Assembly (NCBI GenBank): GCA_043228905.1
Contig: JBHGNT010000007.1
Coordinates: forward strand, 14,880,001-14,944,000
DNA from: Azolla caroliniana
Lineage: Eukaryota; Plantae; Polypodiophyta
Direction: 5' to 3'
DNA length: 64,000 nt
Below, one piece after another: positions 50,054 through 62,930 of this stretch. Made by a program: the position numbers and the translations under genes. A model generated the notes under the pieces. That model saw only the letters and a list, made by a program, of their open reading frames with translations, made no database searches and was not told the origin of the DNA. Within the stretch, counting starts at the first letter, position 1, and each line of letters begins with the position of its first letter.

Positions 50054-51525
50054 TTTGAGTGTTCCATGTTTTGTAATTTTTCTTTTTATTTCCAAAAAAA
50101 ACGTACTTCACATTAGTTAGCAATAAAAATACAACAAAGTTCAGCACTAATATTCATAGAAACAACCTTAGTGGAATCAGTATCTATAGCACGAAGGAAG
50201 AACTCCAAAACTCCTACAATAATCCCCAACCCTACCTATCCCACCAAACTCTTTTACAACAAAGTTATCTTGTTAATATGACTATGATAACTTACTTGTA
50301 CCCCATCTAGACATGCATATTTACATCCCATGTACAATATTAGGGGTTGTTGGTGGAAACAACCACTTGGGCACTGTCACGGACACACCAAGCGCGGACT
50401 AAGACGGAGCACGGATGATGAGGCTATGACGGAGCGATGACACGAGGAACTTAAGACGGGGAATGACACAAGAGCATAAATATAGAGATGAAAATCAAGG
50501 AGAGAGGATGGGCGAAATGGGAATACTAGATTGATATGTCCATGACTGGCATTGTTCACCTTGAATTCCTTCAACGTGAACTCAACTATTTATACTAAGT
50601 GGCATGCATACCTGTTGCATGCATGTGATACAATAGAGCATGTAAGTAGTAGGTACGCATGCATGTGCCAAGTGTTAATAATACAAGGGAGAAATTATGC
50701 ACATGATTCTAGCTAAAACCTACAATGAGGAAGTATATACATGATTATATACTAGATGTGTGGTTAACACATAACACTCGATTATAACATGGTTATGTCA
50801 AGAGTTCGAATCTTCACAGGCACCTGGTAGTTCCACTTAGGCCCTATCAAAGATTTGATCATCATGGGAGAACCACCCCATTTCAGCAAAAATTTTGACC
50901 TTGGCATTTCTACTTCGTCTGAATCCCCCTACATCAAGTCGTACCATCCACATAGTCAGGCCATCAACTTGAACCAGATGTTTAGCATCACCTCACCGCA
51001 TGGAAGCTTTTGCCGTTGAAAAACAAACTTGCAACGCCTAGTCCAAATGTGTCAAACTGATAAGCATGCCACCATAAGCCAAATCTCCTAAAAAAATCAG
51101 AATTTGCGTTAGGTTTCACCCCAACACATTGGGACACATTGCCACCCTGCAGTATAAAACCATGTCCCTATGGGTTTAACTATTCTACCCAACCTTCTCC
51201 TTTTAATGTGAGACCCTATATGGAACCCCACACAACTTTTCCATTCACACCGCAAGCTACCACAATTTTGAGGCCTCGACACCAAATGCTAGTCGCCTTT
51301 GTACAATTCCAGAAACAGTGAGGGATTGATTCCAAAGCATGTCCACAGAACTGACAACCAACCTCACCACCATGAGAACTCAACCACTCCCCTTGTGGCT
51401 AAGAAGCAACAACCAAACCGTTATTTTTTCTTGCGTATCCAATGCCCATAGTCTCCTCCAAAACAACTTCAGGAAGCCATCTGATATGCCTTTATCCTTC
51501 CAGCTATTACGAGTCTGTATAGCAC

Positions 51526-51830
51526 CCGCCGATTTGGAGCCAATGATTCGCTTTCCTAGCGTAGTGTTGTACTCAAAAAACCTTTTCAATTTGGTTGTCC
51601 CGGTTTTTGCCACCATACATCCAATGGATCCCACTCCAAATCACATAGGGGCTTGTTATCAAAGAGCCATATTTTACACGCCGATTTGGAGCCAATGATT
51701 CGCCTTCCTAGCGTAGTATTGTACTCAAAAAACCTTTTCAATTTGGTTGTTCCCGGTTTTTGCCACCATACATCCAATGGATCCCACTCCAAATCACATA
51801 GGGGCTTGTTATCAAAGAGCCATATTTTAC
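51526..51830. repeat. ~152-bp tandem duplication within the L1 remnant
   Basis: CGCCGATTTGGAGCCAATGATTCGC occurs at ~51527 and ~51679. Confidence 0.9.
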
Positions 51831-52444
51831 AATCGTGATCAAGTTTCTTAGGGTCCAGGTTCAATTGTCACCTCTTACCCTCCAACACTACCACCCGCAC
51901 TACCAACCATCTACCATCTACCATCATCTATCAATGCAGTTGGGTTGCCCCACAAATGATCCTCATTAGATGTGCCCTTGTTGCGGATAATCTGTGTGTC
52001 ACCCTTACCTACAAACCAACCTAACCAAACTCCCTCTTCCGCGTTGTCATGAAGATTTTCGGCAATAGTGTGAAAATCCCATAAAACGTACGAAATAGAG
52101 TATGAATCACGTAATACAATAATTGTGAAGATAACATTTTTAATATCTAAGTACAAAATGATGGAGGTTTCGAATGCACTTTATTACACGAGAAAGGGAC
52201 AACTAAATGTCAAGATATGAGGGTATAAAGTTTGTGAAAAGAAAAGAGAAAATTGTGAGATATCCCACATAGGCACGACAAATACGGCTCTCATCATATA
52301 TAAGGTGGAGCAAAAGATATTATCTTTGTGTCTATGTGTGGAGCATAGAGAGTTCAAGGTAACTTGAACTAAGAGTGGAGGTGGCTAGCTACTCGTAAAG
52401 GGTTTTGGCCAACCAAAACCGGACCGGCGATGGAGCCGGTGATC

Positions 52445-52662
52445 CGACGGCAATCCGGCGACGGCATCCGGCACCGGTATCCGGCGAGGCACCGGTAACC
52501 GACAGCATCCGGCGGCGGCACCGGTATCCGGCGAGGCACCGGTAACCGACAGCATCCGGCGGCGGCACCGGTATCCGGCGACGGCACCGGTAACCGACGG
52601 CATCCGACGACGGTATCCGGTAACCGGCGGCATCCGGCGACGGTATCCGGCGAACCGGCGAC
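52445..52662. repeat. GC-rich minisatellite (~47-bp unit built of CCGG sub-repeats)
   Basis: GGCACCGGTATCCGGCGAGGCACCGGTAACCGACAGCATCCGGC is repeated. Confidence 0.9.
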
Positions 52663-52710
52663 TAGATAAATAAATATATAAATATATATACATATTTACA
52701 TATACAAGGA

Positions 52711-52776
52711 GGGCAAGTATGGATTCAAACCTTGCACCTCCAAGTTAGGAGTCAATTGGCTTACCATTAAGCCACT
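52711..52776 (-). other. tRNA-derived (SINE-head-like) fragment
   Basis: A-box-like TGGCTTAATGG and B-box-like GGTTTGAATCC with tRNA spacing; no good acceptor stem. Confidence 0.45.
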
Positions 52777-54299
52777 ATTTAGTTGAAATTATATTTCTAT
52801 CATTGTACTTTTACATGTAAATTCTCATACATGAGATCTAAAATGAGTGACATGGTTATCATGCACCACATGTAATACTTAAGCACCAAATGGCAAACAT
52901 GCAATTTATGCATGTCTTGTACCCTCACATGCATCATATGAATGAGAGCATCTATAAAAGAGGGAAGGGGGAGGAGAAAAAACACGGTTTTTTTTATGAA
53001 AATTAAGAGGAAGAAATTCGTTATCAAATTGATCGTGTAATCTCAACTTCTCTCTTTCCCAATCTATCTTAAGTACTTTCTCGCCAAAGCTTCTATCGAC
53101 TCTAAATCCTTCTGGTCCAGAACCCCGGCGGTTCCGCCTCACGATCCGCGCGTAGTGACGGATCTTCACGACAGCGTTCAACTTATCTAATCCATCAATT
53201 GCCTTATCTATCAGTTGGGTCACCTTCGCTAGCCTTCCATTATACCTAATGTTACCAACCTGACGCTCCCCCCTCTACCTGTTGTAAACCTCCTAGTCTC
53301 TTACCGACCTTACATTGTACTCAAACATATGCCCCCAAGGCAAGTATTTTTTATGTCCAAGCATCATACTGTCTTCGCTTCTAATCCTGGGATTCCAAAA
53401 CAACGGTTGTCATAGCCATTCATCCAACGATTTCGGTTGCATTAAGACCAGCCCTTCTCTTAAATTTGCCCATGACTTCATTATGGCGTAAACTACCCTA
53501 TCCTCCATGCCAACCAGTTGTTTCAACTTTAAACCTAGACTAAACAACCTCCACGTATTTGCCTACCAAGGGCCACCATTCCTCTGGCCCCAAAGGTCAG
53601 CTCTATTCTTAAGGAGCACCTTCCATAATTTTGGTTCCCGAGTAGAGCCTTACTTTGGTGAACCGAGTCCGCCAGCCCGAGACCTCCTTGATTAACCAAC
53701 CCCACGCCACTTTAGTTAACGTTGTATCATTGTCTCTACCCGACCACAGGAAACCTCTCCCCATTGCCTTAATGTTTTTTATGTGAGCTTTGTCTAACAT
53801 CCAACATGCCACCAAGTGCCACATGGTGTCCAGCAAAATATGGTTCACCATGACCACCCTACTTGCAAGGGAAAGCTTTATTGTTGCCCATAGCTGGAGC
53901 TTTTTTCAAATTTTGTCTTTCACTTGTTCGAGTTGTTAATTTTTAGGTGTCTTTTGTAATTTTCCTTTGTTGGTTTGTTGAAGGTATGTGTTCAGCTTGA
54001 ACTTGCCATAGTACTGTGCTTGTCTTAAGTGATATGTGCAAAGTTTTGTTGGTTGTAGAATAGTGAAATAGTTAGATTTAGATAATGAAACAATGCCCTA
54101 ATACCATGTAACAAAGATTGGGACAAAATGAAATAAAAGGTGGAGCACAAAGGAGGGAAATTTGATGAGTGTAACAAGAGGAACTCGATATTCAGAAGAC
54201 TATTACAATAAGAAGTCAATACAACAATTTAATGTTAACTACAGTGATATTCATGGCATTCGCCATCCGTAATATTCGAGCATACAAAATGGCCCCAAG

Positions 54300-54810
54300 A
54301 ATATTATAGAACCATTTGTTTATTTATTTATTTATTATTTAAAAAATAATATTATTTATTATTTATTTAACTATTCGAGTAAAAGTGATGGATTATTGAA
54401 CCTTTTATTTATTTATTTATTTATTTATTAAAAATAAAACAAATACTTTTAAGTTTTACATCTATTATACAAATATTATTAGTGTGAGGTCCCAATTTTA
54501 ATGTCAAATAAAAATATCAAATTTTGTGGGAGAGTAAAAAGTGAGGAATCAATGAACCTTTTATTTATTTTATTTATTTATTGTTTTATGAAAAGATAAA
54601 ACAAATACTTTTAAGTTTTATATCTATTATAAAATTAATATTAGTGTGAGATCCCCTTTTTAATGACAAATAAAAGTATCAAATTTTGTGGGAAAGTAAA
54701 AAGTGGGGAATTAATGAACCTTTTATTTATTATTTATTTTTTTATTAAAAATAATTTACATTTATTATAAAAATATTATTAGTCTAAGTCTCCTTTTTAA
54801 TGTGAAGTAA
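54300..54810. repeat. AT-rich ~160-bp tandem repeat, ~3 copies
   Basis: GAACCTTTTATTTATT recurs at ~54398, 54554 and 54716. Confidence 0.8.
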
Positions 54811-54840
54811 AATATCCCTTTTTTTATTGTCAAATTCCTC

Positions 54841-55374
54841 TTTGTTTTTTTTTTCCAAAGAAAACACTACTTCACATTAGTTAGCAAACAAACTACATCA
54901 TAGACCACCAAAATTTCAGCAACCCTCACTCTAGCCTTCTCCAATTCCTCACCAAAGTGTTCATAGTCCCGACTCCCCACCTCATTTTCAACAAAAGTAT
55001 CCCAACAACTCCTATAACCTAGTAATTAACTTGTACCATATCTATACATATTTACAGCACCTGGTCACTAATGGAAGCCATTGGCGGAAACAGCCATCGG
55101 GGTGCTTGGTAGTTCCATTCAGGCCCTGATGATGATCTGCCCACCATAGGAGAATTACCCCATTTCAGCGAGAACTTTGACCAAGCTCTTTCAACTGCAT
55201 CAGATTCCCCCTGAATCGAGTCGTATCGTCCCTGCAACCAAGATACCAACTCGAACCATATATTTAACAACACCTCACCGCTAGGGAGCTTTTGTTATGG
55301 AAAAACAAACTTACAACGCCTGGTCCAAATGTGCCAGATCGATAAACAAGCCACCATCATCCATATCTCTTTAA
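54841..55374 (-). mobile_element. L1-type LINE 3' end with poly(A), same family as the 50080 copy
   Basis: T-run at 54841-54854; aligns with 50085-50330 and 50820-51080. Confidence 0.72.
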
Positions 55375-55382
55375 CTTATAAT

Positions 55383-55984
55383 TAGGGATCGGCAACGGTT
55401 CGGTTTAGGCTTAGCCGGTTTGGCTTGGATCAGGCCAAACCGGCTAAGCCTAAACCGTTTACGGGATCTCAAACCTGAGCCGAGCCGGTTCACAAACCGG
55501 TTTAGGCTAAACCAGTTTATGCTAAACCGGTTTGGTAAACGGCTTGGAAACCTCCCTCTCTCTCTCTCTCTCTCCCTACCTCCCTCTCTCTCTCAAATGA
55601 TCCACTATATACTATAGTATTATATACTATATACTGTACATTGTACAAGCTCTCCCTCCCACTCTCTCTCACGTCTGTGGTCTCGACTCTCTCTCTCTCT
55701 CTCTCCTCGTCTGTGTAGTTCTCCCTCCCTCACTCTCTCTCTCTCTCTCTCTTTCCCCTTGTTTGTTGTCTCTCTCCCCCTCTCTCTAAAGTTTATAAAC
55801 GGCTTAAACAGTTTAGCCGGCTTGAGCCGGTTTGGCGAGGCTCAAGCCGAGCCGAGCCGAGCTCAAACCGTTAAGGCAAGGTCAAGCCTAAACCGAGCCG
55901 AGCCAAGCCGCTAAGCCGCTAAGCCATTTTCAAGCCGACTAAGCCAAACAGTTTAGGCTTGAGCCGAGCTGTTGCCGATCCCTA
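55383..55984. mobile_element. hAT-type MITE
   Basis: Perfect TIRs TAGGGATCGGCAAC / GTTGCCGATCCCTA; perfect 8-bp TSD CTTATAAT; AAACCG/AGCCG subterminal repeats. Confidence 0.95.
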
Positions 55985-56859
55985 CTTATAATTATAACTT
56001 ATATGATATACGATATATCTAAGGAAATAAAAAGTAGAGACTTTATGAACTCTGTTATTTTTTAACGAATATTTTCCAGGCATTCGTATGCGTATTTGTA
56101 TGCATTCGTTCGGTAACCTCCACGAATGCGAATATGTCAATCTATGCTCGTAACATTCAACTTCCCACATAATTATAGATATACACGCCCACATCAAACA
56201 AATAATATATACACCCATTAGCCATTACACATAATTAAAAAGTACACACATGGATTGATACACATAAACACAAAATACATATGCATACATTCATATACAA
56301 ATTACATAAAGGTGCATTCACACACAAACATATACATACATCCTTACTTACCCATAAGCCTTAAACCCTTCACACATCGTTACAAATTTACAAACATATA
56401 AATACATACCTTTACATTTAAACAAATATACATATATGCATGCTTTTACCCTTATGTGCGTACCTATACACTCACTAGCCCCTTTCATTAAAAGATACCT
56501 AAACACTGATACTTTACACATATACAAGTATACATATACATAAAACAAATTTTTGAAGGGTACTATTGCATTCAACAACTCCACCATCAAAACCATTTTC
56601 CAATTTTTTTAACGGTACTATTCATGCACAACGCCGGCCAATGACATTGGAATGCAATGAAGCATATTTTTAAATATTGGAATGGCGCACATGACTAAAT
56701 AGCATCACATTCGGCCAGAAAAATTCTCAATTCAAAACAACCGCCTGAGTTGTTTATAAAGATTCAAACTATGCAAGATGCCTGGACAATAAAAAATCAA
56801 CCTCCAGCTACTTCTGATTTGTAGGTAGAACAAGTAGAACAAACTCATGGAGATCTAAC

Positions 56860-57260
56860 TTCAAGTGTACATAGCAACCTCAATTACTAAAGCAAAATTT
56901 GTAGTTGCACATGACACACCTAAGGAACCATTATGGCCCAATCAACTAGTTGGCACATTTCAACATATCAACCCGAACTAGTGATAGTTAGGATGCTATC
57001 CCTTTGGCGAAGAATCCACTACATCATTCAACATCAAAAAATTATAGAGATCATATATCACTTTGTCAAAGAATGTGTCATCAAGAAGAGACATGTCAGC
57101 AAGATTCCAATACTCAGCAATACATTTGATGCCATGACTAAAAGTTTTCCAATATCTCAATTCCAATTTTTGCACTCAAATGGGCTTGAAGTGAATTCCA
57201 ACATTGACGAGCTAAGTCACCTACATTGTATATGCCCATTACAAGGGAATGTCGAATTGC
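56860..57260 (+). pseudogene. Highly decayed copia RNase H end
   Basis: H.K.IEI.YHFVKE.V and D.MTK remnants. Confidence 0.55.
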
Positions 57261-59680
57261 AAGATGTGTGTTAATGGACACATACATATTGTATGGGCTA
57301 TTTATGTAAATAGACATGATGGTTTAACCATAAAATGTATTTTCGATACGGTACTTTTAAAGTTTGATTTTAAATAGAGTGAAAATAATTTAATCTGGCT
57401 ACAACAATGTTTCACTCACACTCTTCTCTCAATTGTTCATGCTTAGACTACCTAAATAATATGTTGTGGTACAGCATTGCTCTCCACTTTCAATACCTTG
57501 CAAGGTCAAAAAAACAACCTAATGATGGTTATGGCACACAAGCTAGATCATCATGTGAAGGACAATATCATTCATTTTCCCCACTTATAAAAATGTAAAA
57601 TAGATTGTTGGATTAATGTCAAATGCAATATTACAGCAAAATCTTTTGCTTCAACAACTTGTTAGCACACGTTAAAATTAGTGGAGAGGGAGAACAATTC
57701 AGTAACAATCAGCTTGTTAGTTACATATTAGCAGAGAAGGAGAGCTAGTGAATAATAATCCAACTATAACTAGCAATTCCAGATGTCAACATTTACAAGC
57801 ATACATGAAAGATGAACATTTGAATCCATACTTAGTGATTGAGGTACATAGTAGCATATCAAAAGTTCTTACGAAACATTTCATAGCATTCATATCAGCT
57901 TATTATTGGATTTGTTTATAACAATTGCAATCCCCGTTAATTTAGTGTGGTACATAAAATCTTGGTCAGTAGCTCATAGTATTATTCATGCTAGCTTATT
58001 GGATTCATTTACAATTGTTGGATTTCCTGATTTACCAAGGCAAATTTCAGCTATTTAAGTTCATCTTTTGCATAGAGATTTTCTTTTCAGTATCTTCAAC
58101 TTCTGTATTAATTCAGAAAATTAATAGTTATCCTAAACCCAGAATTTTGAGAAATTTAAGAAATAGGCTTCTAAACAAGTAAATTTTGTTCCTCTGATGA
58201 GTTTGCACTTAATCTTTGCCATGTTAACAAGTCTCTTCAGGTCACTTCCAAGCTCCCATGCTCCTAAAATTATATTGACACCATTGTTCTGTCTTCCATA
58301 GAGCTGCAATGAACAGTAAAGATTTATACATTATGAGCATATGGCATTAAAAAATTGAATCATTAACCAATTGGTGAAAGCATTAAAATAATAATGCAGA
58401 ATGTTGCAAATGAATATCAGATTCTCCGAGAGTCTCAAAATGCAGACAAAAGGTATTTTCGAATAGTTCCTTTCATGAAGAGAGATGGTTATTGAGATGA
58501 TAGAAAATTTATCAATCATGCCCATGAGTCCACTTCTTTGAGTTCTCTCAGTAAACCATTCCAATACACAACTCTTTCCACATCTAAACTGACGACCATT
58601 TGTTTTGAAAACCCCACATGAATAATGATACATAGACCCTCTCCACAATAATGATACAATATAGAACTTCTTTCCACATCTAAAATGAGAACCATTTGTT
58701 TTCTCTACAATAGAACAAAGCTGAGACCCATTTGTTTTGTTCATTCTACATTCAGAACCCATTCAAAATTTGTTATTACTACATCACCAGAAAACCACTG
58801 ACCTTTCAGGAAATTCCTGCAACATCTGAACGTAGCCATAAAGATCTCAAAAACAAGGTGAAATATAAAAGGTTTTCTATATCAATTGACAATGCTCTCT
58901 CAAACTTTCAACATGAGAGTAGCAATCATACCAAACTGATATTATTGCTAAGAAAAGCTATCAGCTTTATTCCAATGTAGATACAAGACTTCCATATAAC
59001 AATGCCTTCCTTTCATTCAGGCAAATTTACAACTTCTTTCCCTTTTACTGAATTATTTTCAAAAAGAACTCGTTCCTTATCACTTCTTTCTGATTTCTTT
59101 CAATTTTGCTTACTTATTTCACTTTGAATTCTTTTCACTTTTTCAAATTTCTTTCACATTTCTTCCATCTCTTTCACTTTCAAAGACATGGTCTGAGACA
59201 CAAGACCCTATCCCCCTCCAAAGGTCTCTGTGACACAAGCAAAAATATCTGGCATCCAACCGATACTTCTGATTTCCAATTTTCTCTCACATTTTTCATC
59301 ATTTGTTTAACTTTCCAAGACATCCTTCGAAGACACAAAATTACCAATAAATCCCCTTCCACAAGTCTGTTAACATCAAGGTGAAACGAAGAGGATTAGG
59401 ATACTAATGTTGATGACTAATTGCTATTAACAAAAGATGTGGGATAACTTGTAATATTTTTTTCGCCTTAAGTAGTAATGTTATTGCTCACTGGCTAAAA
59501 CACTCAATGACAATGAATCTATTGCATACTTCATTGAAGAATGAAGGGAAGAGAAATCATTTCAAGCATCATCGATAAAAATTATGAATTTGACACAAAT
59601 CACTTACATCATATACCAAGATAGTAAAGAGTATCCATGAATATCTGTACAGTATGTTTCTGGATAATGGAATCGAATTC

Positions 59681-61971
59681 TCAATTAGGGCCCCCTTTCT
59701 TAAAGAATTTGCCACCTTGCTGACCTATCCCTGTTCCTTCCAGGCTACTGTGTAGAAGAGATTTCGCATCTGGGCTCCATTTGAGCTCCTTCAGGTTACA
59801 AAATTGGAGAGAAAGCTCTGGACTTATATCGATGTCTTTGATATTGTTGCAGTATATCACTCGAAGAGCTTGAAGCTCTTTATATGCCATTACTACCATT
59901 TCTAGCCCCACTGTTGTCAGAGGTGAGCATCCTTCTAAAGAAAGAAGCTTCAGACGCCTGCACGATAATAGTAAAAAATGCCAAAGCCAAGAATCAAAAC
60001 GAAAGGCTGAAGGCATTGCTTTCGATTGAACTCCAATTGAAAAACATGTTTTCAAAAAAACTAAAATACAATTCTGAAGAAATATGGTTTCAAAACACTC
60101 ATATGAGAAAACATTTTCCAAAAAATCTGCTTACGACACTTAATAATATGTTTTTGAAGCAAATGAAGAATAGTTTTTGGAATAATCAAGACAGAAATCC
60201 CAAGTATGCGTTTCTGGAATATATTCCGAAACAAACAAATGAAATATGTTTTCAAAACAACTCCCACAAAAGAATACATTTCTGACACAATCAAATACAA
60301 CCCGAACGTAATAAGTTTTTTAAAAACACTATCATGAAGAATAAACTTTCAGATATATTAAAATATACACAAGGCTCGTGTGGACTTGAACACTTCTGAA
60401 GCAATCCCAATGGAACCTTGAAAGCCTATATTTTCAAAACATGTGATCAAAAATTGCATTCCTTATTACCTGCATGTTGATGCGAAATAGAAGATGTTAT
60501 CATCCAATCCCCAACAATCTTCAATCTCAAGCTCCCGGATATTCACACTTAACATCATAAGCGCACAAAATCCAGCACCATCTCTGAGATTACATCTAGC
60601 AAGCTGAAGGCAATCTAATGACATACAATAACCAAGATGCTCGAAAGGTCCAGGATGAAGATCAATCTGCTTACAATTCTGTAATCTGAGTGTCTTTAGG
60701 CAGCTACAGAATGAAAGACCGGCAATCCATCCATCATAAAACATGTGATTGGATACTGTGAGCTCTTCTAGCATCATACAACATTGGCCAATGGCAGCTA
60801 TACCATCATAACTACCTTCACAGCCACTCAAATCAAGCTTAACGAGACGATTACAACTTCTGGCGAGAATCGTTAGACCTATGTCTGTGATTGAACTTCG
60901 ATAATACTCGCTTACATAACCAATAAGACGCATTATCTGTAGATTTTTGCATGCTGAGATGGCATTTAATGATTCGTCTGTGCAGTGATGAATCTCTAGT
61001 TGCTGGAGAGTTAGGCATTTCTGAGCAATATAAGTGAGTCCATGATCATAGCTATCATGAACAAAAACGGATTCTTCAAGTTTTACAACTTTCATCAAGT
61101 CAATTTCAGTCAGTTTTTGTTCTAGTTTTCCTTCAGATATGGCTTTGACATCATTGGCAAGCTCTTGTGCTGCTTTTTCTCCATCAGGTAATATAGATTC
61201 CAGGCCATTCTCAAACTGATTTCCTTCTGTTTCATGTGCAGACATGGCTTTCAAATTGTTCTCAGCCTGTTTTTCTTCCTTTCTTCCATCGTCAGAAGCA
61301 AGACCCTCAGATAAGGAAGAATCATTGATCAATCCATAGCTAAATAAAGAAGGATCGATCTCAGGTTTTCTGACATCTACAACACACAGGCGTTGTAGAT
61401 CTGGAAATGAATCAGCCAAGATCTTCATACCTTTGTCAAGAGTAGAAGGAAGTATTTGCTGGTTTTGAATAAATCTTTCCAATGATGGAATATCAAAAGC
61501 TTCATGAGCATCAAGATGAATGCTCAGGAAACTGTGCGTCAACCGAATGTTGGAGAAATTCTGGTTGCTTGACATTGCAGAAAGACAAGCAAAGGAAAGA
61601 TCGATGTCAGTAAGGTTTGGAAACCTGTAGGAAATTCGTTCGTTTTCAAGAAATCGCCAATCTAAAACCTTAATAGAGCTTCGAAGGAGACCTTGTAGTT
61701 TCATCCATCTCTTGCAGACTTGCGAATATGGATATGGAGAAAGAGGAAGAAATCGTAAGATCCTTAACATAACTTCATCATCCAAACACTGTGTTAAATC
61801 CATGGAAGCTTCGACGGTACTAGTAGTAATAGCAGTAGTAAAACCTGTTGAGACCTTCCATGGATCGATCTTGTTTCCCAGTCCTTTAATTCTGTGCATG
61901 CCCTTACCTTGAGATTGTTTCTGATGATGATATTGTCTTTCGTTATGGTTATGAAAGAAATCATGAAGCAT
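59681..61971 (-). CDS. F-box/leucine-rich repeat protein (At5g07670/At5g51370-like), 2 coding exons (61971-60470, 59957-59681), ~592 aa
   Basis: F-box DLTQCLDDEVMLRIL..SQVCKRW; cysteine-containing LRRs (ITDIGLTILA, LDLSGCEGSYDGI, LSLEGCS.LTT.GLE); phase-2 GT-AG intron. Confidence 0.92.
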
Positions 61972-62216
61972 TTTCTTACCTCCTTCAGCAACAGCATTGC
62001 AGTACTATAATTGGCGATGGCAGCTTTAGGAAGAGTTCTCTCTCACACACACACACTCTCTCTCCCTCGCCCTTTCTTACCGTGCTACAAAAAAAAAGAA
62101 ACGTAGAGAGAGAGAGTTGGGGGGGGGGGGGGGGGGGGTTGATTACAGAAAGAAAGGAGACGATTGAGACAGATGGAGAGGCTATGGCCACAAAGCAGAA
62201 GGAAAGAGAAAAACAG

Positions 62217-62218
<2 letters not shown>

Positions 62219-62262
<44 letters not shown>

Positions 62263-62321
62263 GTCTGTCTGTCTGTCTTGTCTAATCTGTGTGCGAGAGA
62301 TGGAAAAGAAAGGAAAGGAAA

Positions 62322-62362
<41 letters not shown>
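62219..62362. repeat. (CT)n and (GA)n tracts in the 5' leader/promoter of the F-box gene
   Basis: Direct reading of the sequence. Confidence 0.9.
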
Positions 62363-62367
<5 letters not shown>

Positions 62368-62635
62368 TGAGGATTCGAACCAGAGACCGATCGATCGTCC
62401 GTCTTCCTCCACATTTAAAAAGGGGTTTTTTCTTCTTTTTCTTCTTTCTTCTCTCTCTCTCTCTACTCTCTACTCTCTACTCTCCGCAGACCTCCTCTCC
62501 TCACATTTATTATGTTGGTAACCATATGTATATGTATGTAAAACGCCCCTTTAAGGGTTTCCCACTGGCCTACTCTCTTTTATTCGCATATATATGGTGG
62601 CTTCCGAATCCTTCCTAAACCCTAACCCTAAGGAT

Positions 62636-62930
62636 CAACGCATGATCTCTACCGCATGATGATCATATCGAGATGTAGGAGTTGAATCGACCTCGAGAGA
62701 CACTCCAGAAATGAGCATGTTGAACGCGAGAGGGCGAACTCTACAAGCGTGACACCCACTCCAGAAATGAGCATGTTGAACACGAGAGGGCAGACATCTA
62801 TAAGAGTGAGCTGGCATGTAGAACTTTGTCGCATGATGATTGTGTCGAGATGCAAGAGTTGAACCCACCCCGAGAGCCACTCCGGATTGAGCATGTTGAA
62901 CACAAAGGGCGGACTCTATAAGAGTTAGTT
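62636..62930. repeat. Imperfect direct repeats (CACTCCAGAAATGAGCATGTTGAAC x3)
   Basis: Copies at ~62701, 62757 and 62878. Confidence 0.7.

Larger units (their letters stand above)
52045..53173 (+). mobile_element. Solo LTR of the E-type gypsy family
   Basis: TGTCATGAAGAT...ATCTTCACGACA ends; 4-bp TSD GCGT; CCCCGGCGGTTCCGCCT near the 3' end, as in E. Confidence 0.88.
50080..53930 (-). mobile_element. Decayed L1-type LINE 3' portion with nested insertions
   Basis: VNHIL...RGFLWSG...KVAW (53609-53857); zf-RVT-like FW..LW region; the 3' end shares TACTTCACATTAGTTAGCAA with the copy at 54867. Confidence 0.7.

Noticed and set aside
50348-50789. Possible solo LTR in the L1 remnant
   Set aside because: TG..CA ends are plausible, but I found no matching TSD or second copy.
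52445-52662. CRISPR-like array (also considered for the repeats at 44585 and 62636)
   Set aside because: No unique spacers and no cas genes; the context is eukaryotic and these are ordinary tandem repeats.
52711-52776. Functional tRNA gene
   Set aside because: Degenerate B-box and no convincing acceptor stem.
59958-60285. ORFs 59884-60285, 60061-60300 and the N-terminal half of 59681-60121
   Set aside because: They lie in the F-box gene intron or antisense to exon 2; only 59957-59681 is coding.
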